Source: Macrostomum hystrix (Eukaryota > Animalia > Platyhelminthes). Taken from it: DNA of 64,000 nt. Position 1 is the stretch's first letter; each line of letters opens with the position of its first letter. The stretch lies in the NCBI GenBank assembly GCA_950097015.1, contig CATNEN010000010.1, positions 496,001 to 560,000 on the forward strand, read 5' to 3'. The notes beneath the pieces are model-generated. The model was not told the DNA's origin. It was given only the letters and a program-made list of their open reading frames with translations, and made no database searches. Shown in pieces: positions 12,101 through 23,930 of this stretch. Both the position numbers and the translations under genes were made by a program.

Positions 12101-15100
12101 AGTAACCATTTCCTGAACCAGACTGAAGACTTGCTCAGCTTCAGCATTCCCATGTGGAAGAATGAGTAGCACTCTGACGAGCCTGATGAGTAGAGGACAA
12201 TTACCAGCCTTGGATACAGTCTCCCAAAACTCGATGCAATTTGATGACTCCGGAATCTCTGTCTGGTGTAGACGTGCCTCAACTTCCAGGCTGCCAATCT
12301 CTGTCAGTGAAAGTGAATGAAATTTCTGCCGCAAGGGTTGTAACCCACTTAACAAACGACAAATTATGCTGCTCCTTTAGATCCAGCATTTCGCAGGCCT
12401 TGAGGAACTTACTCTTGTAGGACAGGTAGTCCCTCAGTTTTTCAGTTTCAACTCGGAAGAATTTTTTCACTGCTTGAAGACACAATTGCTGGTCATCAGC
12501 ACTCATGTCAATGAACAATTGCTTTGCTGGCTCACCCATCCCAATGCTGTAGGGCCCTAGCCAGACAGTTAAGTCATCCAAGTTTACTTTCCATGAATGC
12601 AGCATGGAAAGCTTGGCCAAATCTACAAATTGCAACAGCCAGCGCTTCATCAAGTCTAGCATCTGACTGTGTAGGCGGTGGAGCTGAGAGCTTTCCTGCT
12701 AGAAGAGAAGCTCAAAACGCTGAAGTGGCTTCAAAACCTCCACTAAGAAGCGAAGAGAGAACACAGTCTTTGGATCTTTCAGTGCCTTTTTATGGTCCAG
12801 CATGCGTCCCTGAGTCCCTACTCTACTCATGACGTTCAGTTCCAAAAAGGACTTATCAAGCGGTGCATACAGATGGAGCACTCGTTCAACGACAGGCAGC
12901 ACTTGGAGCCACCGGGTGTCCACAGGTCGGAGGAATGCCAGCTTCTTTATCTCACAGAAGCTGTCAGCTAGAACGTCATCAAAACCATCCGACTGCACTG
13001 TTTTAAAGAAAAAGTAGATCTCCTTAAGCAAGCGTTCTACTGAAACTCCAAGGTCAGAAGCACCACAGGCGTATCTAGCGACGTTAGTGACATGGTGTAA
13101 GGAACAGCCTCCTAGATCGATTAGGTTAGGAAACCTGTCAGTTTTAGCCTAACAACTGTGCCACTCTTGGCACCACGCATAGCGTTACAACTGTTACTCA
13201 TAACAGAGACACACTTGTTGCTATTGATTCCACACTCCAACATCGACTGACGGATGGAAGTCCCCATTGCCTCTGCTTTTGTGGACTTTAGCTCCCACAA
13301 GTCGATGCAGACCACTTTAACATCAAGAGACGAGCTGGGCAGGAAGCGGGCAACTACTCCAAGGTATTTAGATCCTTTATTGGCCTCATCGGTTTGGAGC
13401 GAGAACCATTCAGCTGCGTGGATCTTCTGCAGCACTACTTCTCTGATGTATGGAAACAATGCATCCCGAAGGAGGAATCTTTGAATCTGGACAAATTGCA
13501 GCAATATCCTCAGCGAGATCTGCTTCTGATTCGAAGCTGCGTGCCTTTATTACAAGTCTCGTAACACATCGGATCTCAGCTGCCCGTGCATCAGCAATTG
13601 TACTGCTTGTGTCTATTGTGGTGGAAGCAAATGTATTGCCTGAGTTGGCTTCAGCAGCGCCTTCAACATCAGTTCGGATTTGAGTCACCACTGGCAGTGG
13701 AGCACAGTTCTTTCTGCTGGACGAAATCTTTTATATGTTTGGCAGCCTCTGCTTGGCTTTTAAAGTTGGTCAGGCCACTTTTGATTTCAAAAGTTTTGGC
13801 ACACCAGTTGCAGCGCACTGTGATGCCCTCGCTGTCGAGCTTCTTTGCCCAGATGCCAATCTTGTCGCCATTGTTATCAATGCACTCCAGCCAGTCTTCA
13901 TTCCAAGCCACTGGTAACCTCGGGCTTTTACTTAGGCTCATGGAGGCGCTGGATTAAGTTGTCGAATGGCTGAAAGTGTCAAAAGATAAACAAATAGTAC
14001 AAGCAAACTGTCCTTGCTTTCACAAGTCAATATTTGCATAGATAACACGTCTATCTATCTCATGGTATTTATTATTAGCTGAATCCTAAAAATCCACACA
14101 TCTAACAAAATAAAGACGATAAAAAACAGTGATAGCATCATTTTATTTAAGTTCGATACTGCACAATAAATAATTCAATAGTTATTTATTTAATAACCAT
14201 TTGTATGAAAGCCTATTAGACAATACAATCCTTAAAAATCTTATAAGTAGCTTTTTGTTTTTTCGCGTTCTCCATTGCCCTTAATTTTCACGTCGGGGTG
14301 ATAGAATTCGCGTATTCGCGTTATTTTCGCGTTTGACGCGCATTCGCGTCATGACACGGTCACCTACGATGTTATTTTATGACAATAGGGAAAAAATTAT
14401 AAAAAAAATAAACCATGTATGATGATATTTTGACTATTTTTTACTATCTATTCTCTATGCCATAAAATAGAATGTAATGAGTCTATTTTGGTTTAGACTT
14501 TTTCTTGTAACAGTTTTGTTGTATAATAGCCATTAAGAAGATCGTTCTATTTAATTTATTTAACTAATTACAAGTCAAAGTTAGAGCTCGCATTAAGACC
14601 CGGCACTGTGTCTTAAAAACATTCATTGCAAAAAGTGATACCACAAGAAATATATAAACTTGACAAAAGTTGATAATCTAACATAATATAATTTAATGAT
14701 TAGTGAACTCCAACTATAGCAACATTGTATACAATCTACATGTACCATTACAGTAAGAGAGCTGAGATATTTAAGATCTAAATATAACTATTCAAGAAGT
14801 CTATTAACTTTTTAAAAATATTTTAACCCATTCAAATCACCACATAGATCCCAGAGTTCGACAATCTGTACCTGGACATGAATGGCATCATCCATCCATG
14901 CTCCCATCCAGAGGATGACAACATACACTTTCGCATGTCTGAGGAACAGATGTTCAAGAATGTGATAAATTATGTTGACTTTATATTCCGCATGATCAAG
15001 CCAAAGAAGGTCTTCTTCATGGCTGTGGACGGCGTCGCTCCCAGGTAATACTTTGTCTGCCCTTTGATACTTAACTACACAATTAGGTGTTTGTTCCCCA

Positions 15101-18100
15101 GATAAGCCTCCCCCTCCCAGATCCCCAGAAGAGCTTCCGCCCTCCCAGATCCCTAGTAGAGCTTCCGCCCTCCCAAATCCCCAGAAGAGCTTCTGCCCTC
15201 CCAGATCCCCAGAAGAGCTTCCGCCCTCCCAAATCCGCTCGTAATCCAAGCTTCTATTCTTTGGACCTGTTTCTCCGCAGGGCGAAGATGAACCAGCAGC
15301 GGTCGCGCCGCTTCCGCTCAGCCAAGGAGGCCGAGGTCCAGGAGGCGAAGGCCGTTCGCAAGGGCGAGACCTTGCCAACCGAGTCGCGTTTCGACTCGAA
15401 CTGCATCACTCCGGGCACGCCGTTTATGACTCGCCTGCAGGCCGCGCTGACGGAATTCGCCGCGCGCCGGGTTGCCGAGGATCCGCTGTGGCGCGGCATC
15501 CGCGTGGTGCTGTCCGGCCATCAGACTCCTGGCGAGGGCGAGCACAAGATCATGGAGTTCATTCGCTACGAGCGCAGCCGGCCTGACTATGACCCGGACA
15601 CTAGGCACTGCCTGTACGGCCTGGATGCCGACCTCATCATGTTGGGACTGGCCAGCCACCAGGCGCACTTCTCGCTGCTCAGAGAAGAGGTTTGAAATTC
15701 CGGCTCCCGATAACATAAGCGGTCTCTTAACAGTAGGGCTACCAAGCCATTTTGCCGCCCTTTTTTATTCCCCCACCCCGGGGATTTCTCCCCCGCCCCC
15801 CTGAAATTTTTTGACAGCGCTCGAATGCTAACAGCGTTGGGTGGTGCCTGATTGGATGACAGACTAGGCCAGGGTGTCCTGTGGTTGAGCTGCGCCTAAT
15901 ATTTAGGCTTGATTAGTAAAATTCGAGAAATTCGCGTCAGGGTATCCATAGTGGCCTATTTCCACCTGTTGTAGCCCTTGAAGATCCAGTAAATCAGACT
16001 AGATAAAGGTAGGTGACCACCGAAGATGGAGGTGATGCAGGCACATTCGGGTGACGTGCTGATAATTTTCAAGGCCTCACTGTGGCGCAGTGCTAATTCG
16101 TGTATAGCGGTATATGAAACACACTAGCGCTTATGGGAAAAATCCGACCTTCGGCCAGAACAATTGAATATCTCGACGGTATGAAGAGCTGGCGACTTGG
16201 TTCTTGTTTCAGAAGATGCGAAACAAAAGGTTGGCCCGTGTTCTTGAGTTTCGTGTGCTTGCGTTGCTCCGACCGTTCGGGTGCAGCAAAAACTTGTCAG
16301 GGGTGGTAATTCCCCCTTGGTAGTTCTATGTTAACTAATTAGGTGGCGAAGCATCAGAGCGATCTAAACGCGGTTATAGTTGCTCCCGCCGCAGACCTAT
16401 GTTGTAAAGACTAAAACTAAGTGAAACGATTAATTCTGCTGCTCGGGTTGTAACCCAAACAACAGGTTCGATTCGGCGGCAAGAAGGACAAGAGGTCGCA
16501 GGCCAAGGCCAGCGCCCCGGAGACCATCACATTCTTCCTGTTGCACCTGTCCCTGCTGCGCGACTATATCGACATCGAGTTCCGCAGCATCCGCTCCGAT
16601 CTGAACTTCGGCTACGATCTCGAGCGCATCATCGACGACTGGGTTCTGCTCGGCTTCCTGGTTGGCAACGACTTCCTGCCGCATCTGCCCGACCTGCACA
16701 TTCACTCCGAGGCCCTGCCGCTGCTGTGGAACACCTACAAGAAGGTGCTGCCTACCATTGACGGCTACCTGCAGTCCAACGGAGAGATTGCGCTGGACCG
16801 GCTGCAGGTGCGATTGGACTGGCTGTCCCATCCTCAGATTGGCTGTCCCATCCTCAGATTGGCTGTCCCATCCTCAGATTGGCTGTCCCATCCTCAGATT
16901 GGCTGTCCCATCCTCAGATTGGCTGTCCCATCCTCAGATTGGCTGTCCCATCCTCAGATTGGCTGTCCCATCCTCAGATTGGCTGTCCCATCCTCAGATT
17001 GGCTGTCCCATCCTCAGATTGGCTGTCCCATCCTCAGATTGGCTGTCCCATCCTCAGATTGGCTGTCCCATCCTCAGATTGGCTGTCCCATCCTCAGATT
17101 GGCTGCCCCATCCTCAGATTGGCTGTCCCATCCTCAGATTGGCTGTCCCATCCTCAGATTGGCTGTCCCATGCTCAGATTGGCTGTCCCATTCTCTGATT
17201 GGCTGTCCAATCCTCAGATTGGCTGTCCCATTCTCTGATTGGCTGTCCAATCCTCAGATTGGCTGTCCAATCCTCAGATTGGCTGTCCCATCCTCATATT
17301 AGCTGTCATAATTCTTGAAAGTAACTTTCCCATGCTAAAGTTCTGCATCTGAGTCGGCATTCCATTCTGTAGCAGCCCCGTCCTGACCCGCCGATTGCAG
17401 GCCTACTTCGCCACTCTGGCTCAGTTCGACGACGACACCCTGCGGGAGAAGTGCAGCGACATGCGCTGGATGAAGGGCCGCCAGGGCGAGCGAATGGCTC
17501 GCGAGCTGGAACGCCTGGGCCAGCCGGACCTGCTGGACTCGTTCTTTGCCGCTGCTGCCGCAGCTTCGGCTGGCGGCGAGAAAGCTGCCGGAGGCTCTGG
17601 ACAGTCCGACTCGTCCGGCGAGGAGGAATTTCTGGCGGACGAGATGCAGATGATGAAGCAGGAGTATTATCAGGTTGGGGATGCAGCTGGAGTATTATCA
17701 GGTTGGGGATGCAGCAGTATTATCAGGTTGGGGATGCAGCAGTATTATCAGGTTGGGGATGCAGCTGGAGTATTATCAGGTTGGGGATGCAGCTGGAGTA
17801 TTATCAGGTTGGGGATGCAGCTGGAGTATTATCAGGTTGGGGATGCAGCTGGAGTATTATCAGGTTGGGGATGCAGCAGTATGATGTGACACCCCGTCTC
17901 AACTTTAAACATGTCCGCAGGGCAAGATGGGCCTGCTATACGATGAGACTGAGCGGCGCCGGCAGACACGGGAGTACGTGCGCGGCCTGCAGTGGGTGCT
18001 TTACTATTACTACAGGGGCGTGCCCTCGTGGGGCTGGTACTACCCGCAGCACTATGCTCCGTGAGTTCCAGCAGTTTTTTACCTGCCACTGTTTAAATTC

Positions 18101-21100
18101 AGTTTCTCCTACCACCATGAACTAAAATTTTATACTTCGGAATAATTATAGAGATCCTAAATCTGTAGAATCCTTTAATCCTACAGAGACAGGACAGGCA
18201 TCCTTTGCTGTACCAAGTTGGTTATTATTTGGTCTTATTTGTTCCAACAGTTTTCTTACAATACTCAAACACAAAAGATATCTCAATGGTCATTGTGCAG
18301 TTCATTGGTCATTATTCTACGCTGGTCATGGTTCCGCCTCTCCATCCCGCAGCTATATCTCGGACGTGCGCGACTTCGCCGATCTGGACCTGCAGTTCGA
18401 CCTGGGCCACCCATTCCTGCCCTTCCAGCAGCTCATGGCCGTGCTGCCAGCCGCCAGCGGCGTCCTGCTGCCCGAGTGCCTCCGCCCGCTCATGGTGTCG
18501 CCCGACTCGCCCATAAAGCACTTCTACCCGGTTGAGTTCGAGTCAGATCTCAACGGCAAGAAGCAGGACTGGGAGGCCGTGGTGCTCATCCCGTTCATCG
18601 ATGAGCAGCAGCTGCTGGACGCCATGCATCCCCGCCTGGCCCAGCTCAGCCAGGACGAGCGGGATCGGAACTGCTTCCGGCCGCACCTCCTGTTCGAATG
18701 GGACCCGGCTGGCCGGCGCTGCCGAACAACCGAGATCGAGCCGTTCGGCTTTCGAATTGGCGCCGATAAACTCGCGCCGCCCGCGTGCCGCGCCGCCCAC
18801 TTGCCCGGCTTCCCCGTGCTGCACGGCCTGCCATTCAGCGCCGAGCTGCGCAAAGCTGGCGTAAAGGTGTTCCAGTTCGCCAGCCGCGGTGAGAACACCG
18901 TGCTCACCCTCACTGACTGTCAATTCGATGAGGCGCGGGTGGAACGCACCGCGGCCGCCCTGCTGGGCCGCACAGTTCTGGCCAGCTGGCCGCACCTCAG
19001 CGAGGTCCTGGCCGTGGCTGTCAGCTCGGCCACGCGGCGCTACACTCGCCGGCCGGACGGCAGCGTCCAGTCAGATATGCTGTCTGAGTCGGACGCTGAG
19101 ACTGTGTACAACGAATGGTCTCTGGTGCGCCAGGAGTCCATGTCCCGCTTTGGAATCTCCATCAGCGGTGAATTGCGGGTCCGACTATGTTTACTCCCTG
19201 AATGCCCCTCACTTCACGGAATTCCCAGTCACTTCCTGAATGCCGCCTAGTCACCCGACATATGCAGTCACTCCCTGACAGGGTGTTGTCACTCCCTGGC
19301 ACCCCCAGACATTCCCAACTTCCATGAAAAAAATCCCATATCAGCCAAACAGTTCCCAATCTTTAAAGCGAAACCCACCGCAATGCGCACCCAGACGAGA
19401 CTCCGTGCGTGCTGACCGCCAAGACTCTGATGGGCCGCGTGCTCGAGTTCGGCCGTGACGGCGCAGCCCGCAAGCGCTCGCAGTGGTCGCAGGGCGCGCT
19501 GCCGTTTGTGCTGCAGCGCTGCCTGCCCGAGGCGGCCCCGGAATCCGGGCCGGAGCTGCGCATTGAGCAGGCCCTGCCAGTGGGCGAGCTAGTGTTTATC
19601 TGCAAGGGCAATTGCTACGGCATGAGCGGCCCCGTACTGGGTCACAAGCCGAACGCTCGGATTCAGGTGCAGCTGCGCGTGCGTCGCCAGCCGGACCTCA
19701 CCGTGGTGGACTCGGAGGATCGGTTTCTGTCTGCTCAGGCGCTTGCTCAGCATACAGGTAAGCACGTTCTGCCTTCTCAATCCCTGCGTGGCTGCCCTCT
19801 AGGATGCCCAACTGTTCTTTAACAGGCTACTCGGGTCACCTGGTCTCGCGCATCACCGGCACGGTGATGGTCACACTGCCGCAGCCACCGAAGTCGCCGC
19901 TTTCTGCAGACGCTCTCGACGCTGACACAGGTGCCTCTTCAGCCACAGACGGGCGCAATCGTCGGCTGAACGTGGGCCTAGATCTGAAGTTCAACAGGGC
20001 TGGTCATGTGAGTCGAGCTGAGCACTGCTTGTTTCTTCGTTATCGCCTGAAGCAGATAAATTACCGATTTCATTTTGCATATTTTCGCCACTACTACTTA
20101 AGAGTTTCCCCTGTAAGTAGTTTGAAGAAGCTGCACATCCATTAGCCATAAATTGCTAACTTAGTCGGAACCACAAATTTGACACTGTGAGCCCTTGTGG
20201 CATCGACCCGGCAAATTGCTGAGACTTTTTACAAACTGTATAACATTTGGAGGACCCCAGAGCAGACGCAGTCGAGATTTTGTTGAGCTTCTAAGCTAAC
20301 TTTGGTAGGCGGCTGTCAGGCACAATCGCATGCACGATTGCAAGCAGGCGCCCAAGACCTCCTTGCCACAACTTAAAGGCTCCGCTGCACACCTGGATCT
20401 CACTAATAGCACGTGCTAATGAGACAGTCGGATGAGCATCATGATAGAGCAGCTCATCCAGTAGCGCGTCTGCTGGGAACTATGTGTGTTGCGAGATGAA
20501 GGATAGTTAGTACAACATGTGTTTGACGAGCGTTAATTTTAGTAACTAAACGGACAGACAAAGCTCTCACACGATCTTGGTACCCAAGCCAGCGGAGTTA
20601 AGAAAAAGCGGACCAGAAATGGGTAAAAACGGATTTATTTTTACCCGGGCAACTGACCGCACTGTTTAAACTCCCCCTGTTCCAGGAGGTAGCTGGCTGG
20701 ACACGCAAGGACGCCTCGATGGGCTGGCAGTATTCTCCGGCCCTGGCCCAGGTCATACGCGACTACGCGGCCGAATTTCCTGAACTATTCCGTTGCCTAG
20801 CAACCGGTTCTGTCAACGACTCCGTGGACCTCAGCGCCGAACGGGTGTGGGGCTCGTCGCCGCCGCCTGTTGAGCAACTCACCGGCTTCCTGCGCCGCTT
20901 GCCCTGCGCCGGCGCCGAGCGGGTTCCGGTGGGCAGCAGCATCCTGTCCGGCCGCTCCGTCGGCCTGATCCGCCGTGCCTTGGACGCCCAGCTGCCCCGC
21001 CTGCCGAAGCCGGAGGTGTCGGCGCGAGAGCTGCCAGCGAGCAGCCTGTACCGCTGCCAGTCCGACACCCGGCACTGCCTGCCCGACCCGGCCGCTGTGC

Positions 21101-22558
21101 ACCGGCTGAAGGATCGCGTGGTTGTGTGTCGGCCGGGCTCCGGGCCACCACTGGACAGCACGGGCACCATCATCGGCATCAGAGCCTGTGAGTGAGCCTG
21201 AATAGCAGCCTGGGCCTCTGAAGCCCTGATTTCATGCACTCCCTGGTACCAGATTGGCTGCAGTGACGGGCCCCGTGTGGCACAGTTCCAGTCCGCTGTG
21301 AGATTAAGGCTCCAAAAGAGATCAAAAGATCAATTCCAAAGTCAGCCCATGCCCAGAAACCAGATGTGAAACCACTAGCAACTCTCTGAACCAATTAAAT
21401 GTCACTAATTCCAGGCGTTAGCGAAAGCGACCCGGAGCTGGAGCTGCTCATGGACGAGCCGTTCGAGGGCAGCGCGACCATCCGCGGCGTCGACGGCTGC
21501 TGCCTGGTGAGCCGCACCGCCGTGCTCAACCTCAGCCACGGTGAGCGGACCAATCCCAACAATCGGTACACCGTGGCCTGCCAGGACCGGCCTGACCAGC
21601 ACATCCAGCTGTGGACAGATCTGCAGCAGCAGAAGCAGCAGCAGCAGTACAGCCACAATAAGCAGCAGCAGCAGTACAGCCACAATAAGCAGCAGCAGAA
21701 GCAGTTTCTGCAGCAGTTTATGAAGCAGCAGCAGCAGTCACCACAGCAGCAGCAGCAGCAACAACAACAACCTGGCTCTTTCAACTTCTCCGCCCTGGTG
21801 TCTGCGATTCAACAACAGCAGCCAAAACCGCCGCAGCAGCAGCAGCAGCAGCCGGCTCCCTTTGCTGAACAGAAGGCTCAACGCATGCTGGACTCCCTGC
21901 TAGTCGAATGGGACTGGCCGCCACCCAGCATAGATTTCCAGGTGTACGGGCCTGGCAGCTCCTCCGCAGTCATTCGCTTCCCTAACGGCTTCGTTCTGGA
22001 GAGCAAGCCAATGCGGAGTCGAGCCGAAGCCAAGTTAAACGCGGTGAGTCCCTCTTTCGTTAATGATCGATTAAGTCTTCATGCTCCAGACCCTCATTTC
22101 CATCGCTGCACCGCGCCGTGCAGGTGGAACAGCTGTGCGACTATTGCGATTCGCTGAAAGTGCAGCAGCAGCCTCAGCAGCAGCATCATCAAAGACAAAA
22201 GTCCCAGCAGCAGCAGCAGCAAAGCAACAAGCCCACATCAAACTATACTTACCAGGCTGCTGCCCCAGTACAGAAGCAACAGCAGCAGCAGCAGCCGCAA
22301 CAAGCTGCAAAAGCTCAAGCAGTTGAGCAGGCTCTGCGTGCTATGCTGCAGATCCCAACTCCCGCTGCTCAGCCGGCCCCGGAAACAACGGCGGCGCAGC
22401 CTACAGCGGCCACCATTCCCAAGCAGCAGCAGCAGCAGCAGCAGCAAAAGTCGCCGAACGGTGCTGAGGCAGGCGGCGGCAAGAAGCCGTCGAAATCTGG
22501 TTCCGCAAAGAAGCGGCTGGGCATCAACTTCAACCAGATGGCCTCGCAGCAGCCCTAA
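9153..22558 (+). CDS. XRN1: 5'-3' exoribonuclease 1, ~12 coding exons, Q-rich C-terminus
   Basis: Exon 1 9153-9227 [25 protein letters not shown]; 14848-15044 [18 protein letters not shown]...AVDGVAP; 15281-15689 [12 protein letters not shown]...NCITPGT...PGEGEHKIM...[15 protein letters not shown]; 16466-16807 [21 protein letters not shown]; 17401-17673; 17921-18060 [10 protein letters not shown]; ~18353-19170 [13 protein letters not shown]...[20 protein letters not shown]; further exons to TAA 22558. Confidence 0.96.
9910..9985. repeat. 10-bp tandem repeat (tttatccgtc/tttatctgtc)n
   Basis: Seen directly in XRN1 intron 1. Confidence 0.85.
10716..11236. mobile_element. Foldback/MITE-like element with long inverted termini built from ~14-bp subrepeats
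   Basis: Left arm gtccatttcggcaacaagtcatatcggcgacaacc... (10716-~10797) mirrors right arm ...ttgtcgccgaaatggttgtcg...gttgccgaaatggac (~11157-11236). Confidence 0.75.
11584..13941 (-). pseudogene. Degenerate hAT-superfamily DNA transposase, multiple frameshifts/stops
   Basis: Consecutive fragments in different frames: N-terminal CxxC ([10 protein letters not shown]), [30 protein letters not shown], and a dimerisation-like region FWETV...[25 protein letters not shown]. Antisense inside XRN1 intron 1. Confidence 0.8.
15105..15232. repeat. ~28-bp intronic tandem repeat (ccctcccagatccccagaagagcttccg)n
   Basis: About 4 copies in XRN1 intron 2. Confidence 0.85.
16815..17297. repeat. 20-bp intronic minisatellite (attggctgtcccatcctcag)n
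   Basis: About 24 near-perfect copies after donor 16808. Confidence 0.96.
17659..17881. repeat. 28-bp minisatellite spanning an exon/intron junction (ctggagtattatcaggttggggatgcag)n
   Basis: About 8 copies; the first overlaps the exon end at 17673. Confidence 0.92.
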
Positions 22559-23407
22559 AACTGATGGTCTCTGAGACTATTCTCACGACTTGTGCAGTGC
22601 AATGAAACACTGAATGAAACACTGTTTAGCCTGCTTGCTTGTTTTTTTATTTTCTTAGATTGGCTGCCACAGTGGCGCCTCGACCAGACCCGAACTCGTC
22701 CACCCGCCTCGTCTAACTGTCCGGTTTTATCAGTTTTATAAATGCCTGTCGTGCTCAGCCTCACTCATAGTGTCATGACATGCCATGGCCCCGGATCCGG
22801 CATCCTTTGATTTTTATTGCTGTTTTTCTTGTTTTATTAAAAGGGCCCTTGGGTTTGACCTTTCATTTTGCTGATTGATTTGCTCCGTACTCTTTAATGA
22901 CAGTCATGTCATTCAGCGTCATTCCCATTCTGAGCTCTGTGGAAAACCATTGACAGTGACTCTCATTGTCAAACTTTGAGCATACATTGAGCATAGCGTG
23001 CCGTTGGATAACTTGGATTCGAACCCGTGACCTCATCTATGAGCTCAGTGGCGAATTCAGCCGCCCCCATGTTTAATGCCTGTCCGTTTGTTTTAATTTA
23101 TAATGATTCTAACTTGTTCGGCACACATGTAAAAGCCTGGCCCATCTAATCTGTATCACTGATGTTATTAGCCGGCCTGTTGTGAGTTGTTCTGTCTAGG
23201 CCGTGATTTCATTGTTTTTATTCTCAAACAATGCGGTATCTTTCTCTGGTGTCTCCATCTCTGCACATGTTGTTAGTTCTATGCCTTTCCGCCAATGGCC
23301 CAGTGCTGTGGATTGATGCGGTTAAATATAATAGCAGTGATTTGCTGTCATCTAGATGTCTCTTTGGATGCCTTTGCTTGCTCATTTGTGACATTTGTTT
23401 GTCGCTC

Positions 23408-23890
23408 CATGACCCCAGGAATCAGGTGTCTGTCAGTTCCATGACCCCAGGAATCAGGTGTCTGTCAGTTCCATGACCCCAGGAATCAGGTGTCTGTCAG
23501 TTCCATGACCCCAGGAATCAGGTGTCTGTCAGTTCCATGACCCCAGGAATCAGGTGTCTGTCAGTTCCACGACCCCAGGAATCAGGTGTCTGTCAGTTCC
23601 ATGACCCCAGGAATCAGGTGTCTGTCAGTTCCATGACCCCAGGAATCAGGTGTATGTCAGTTCCATGACACCAGGAATCAGGTGTCTGTCAGTTCCACGA
23701 CCCCAGGAATCAGGTGTCTGTCAGTTCCATGACCCCAGGAATCAGGTGTCTGTCAGTTCCATGACCCCAGGAATCAGGTGTCTGTCAGTTCCATGACCCC
23801 AGGAATCAGGTGTATGTCAGTTCCATGACACCAGGAATCAGGTGTCTGTCAGTTCCACGACCCCAGGAATCAGCTGTCTGTCAGTTCCAC
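23408..23890. repeat. 32-bp minisatellite (catgaccccaggaatcaggtgtctgtcagttc)n
   Basis: About 15 copies ending ~40 bp upstream of the BRAP ATG. Confidence 0.95.
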
Positions 23891-23930
23891 AACCCAAAGC
23901 TCAAACGGTTGCAGGCCGCCAACCCATGGC

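Noticed and set aside
16030-16065. Intronic C/D snoRNA (gtgatg...ctga)
   Set aside because: Imperfect box C, only ~30 nt between boxes, no terminal stem.
16808-17302. Repeat-coded extension of the XRN1 ORF ([20 protein letters not shown])n
   Set aside because: A GT donor at 16808 and acceptor at 17400 restore XRN1 homology; the repeat is intronic.
22995-23075. tRNA gene on the minus strand (GGTTCGAATCC B box)
   Set aside because: No cloverleaf or acceptor stem; more likely a SINE relic. The same applies to the tRNA-like heads at 26765, 36829 and 62315.
23408-23890. CRISPR-like 32-bp repeat array
   Set aside because: Contiguous units without spacers, no cas genes, eukaryotic context.
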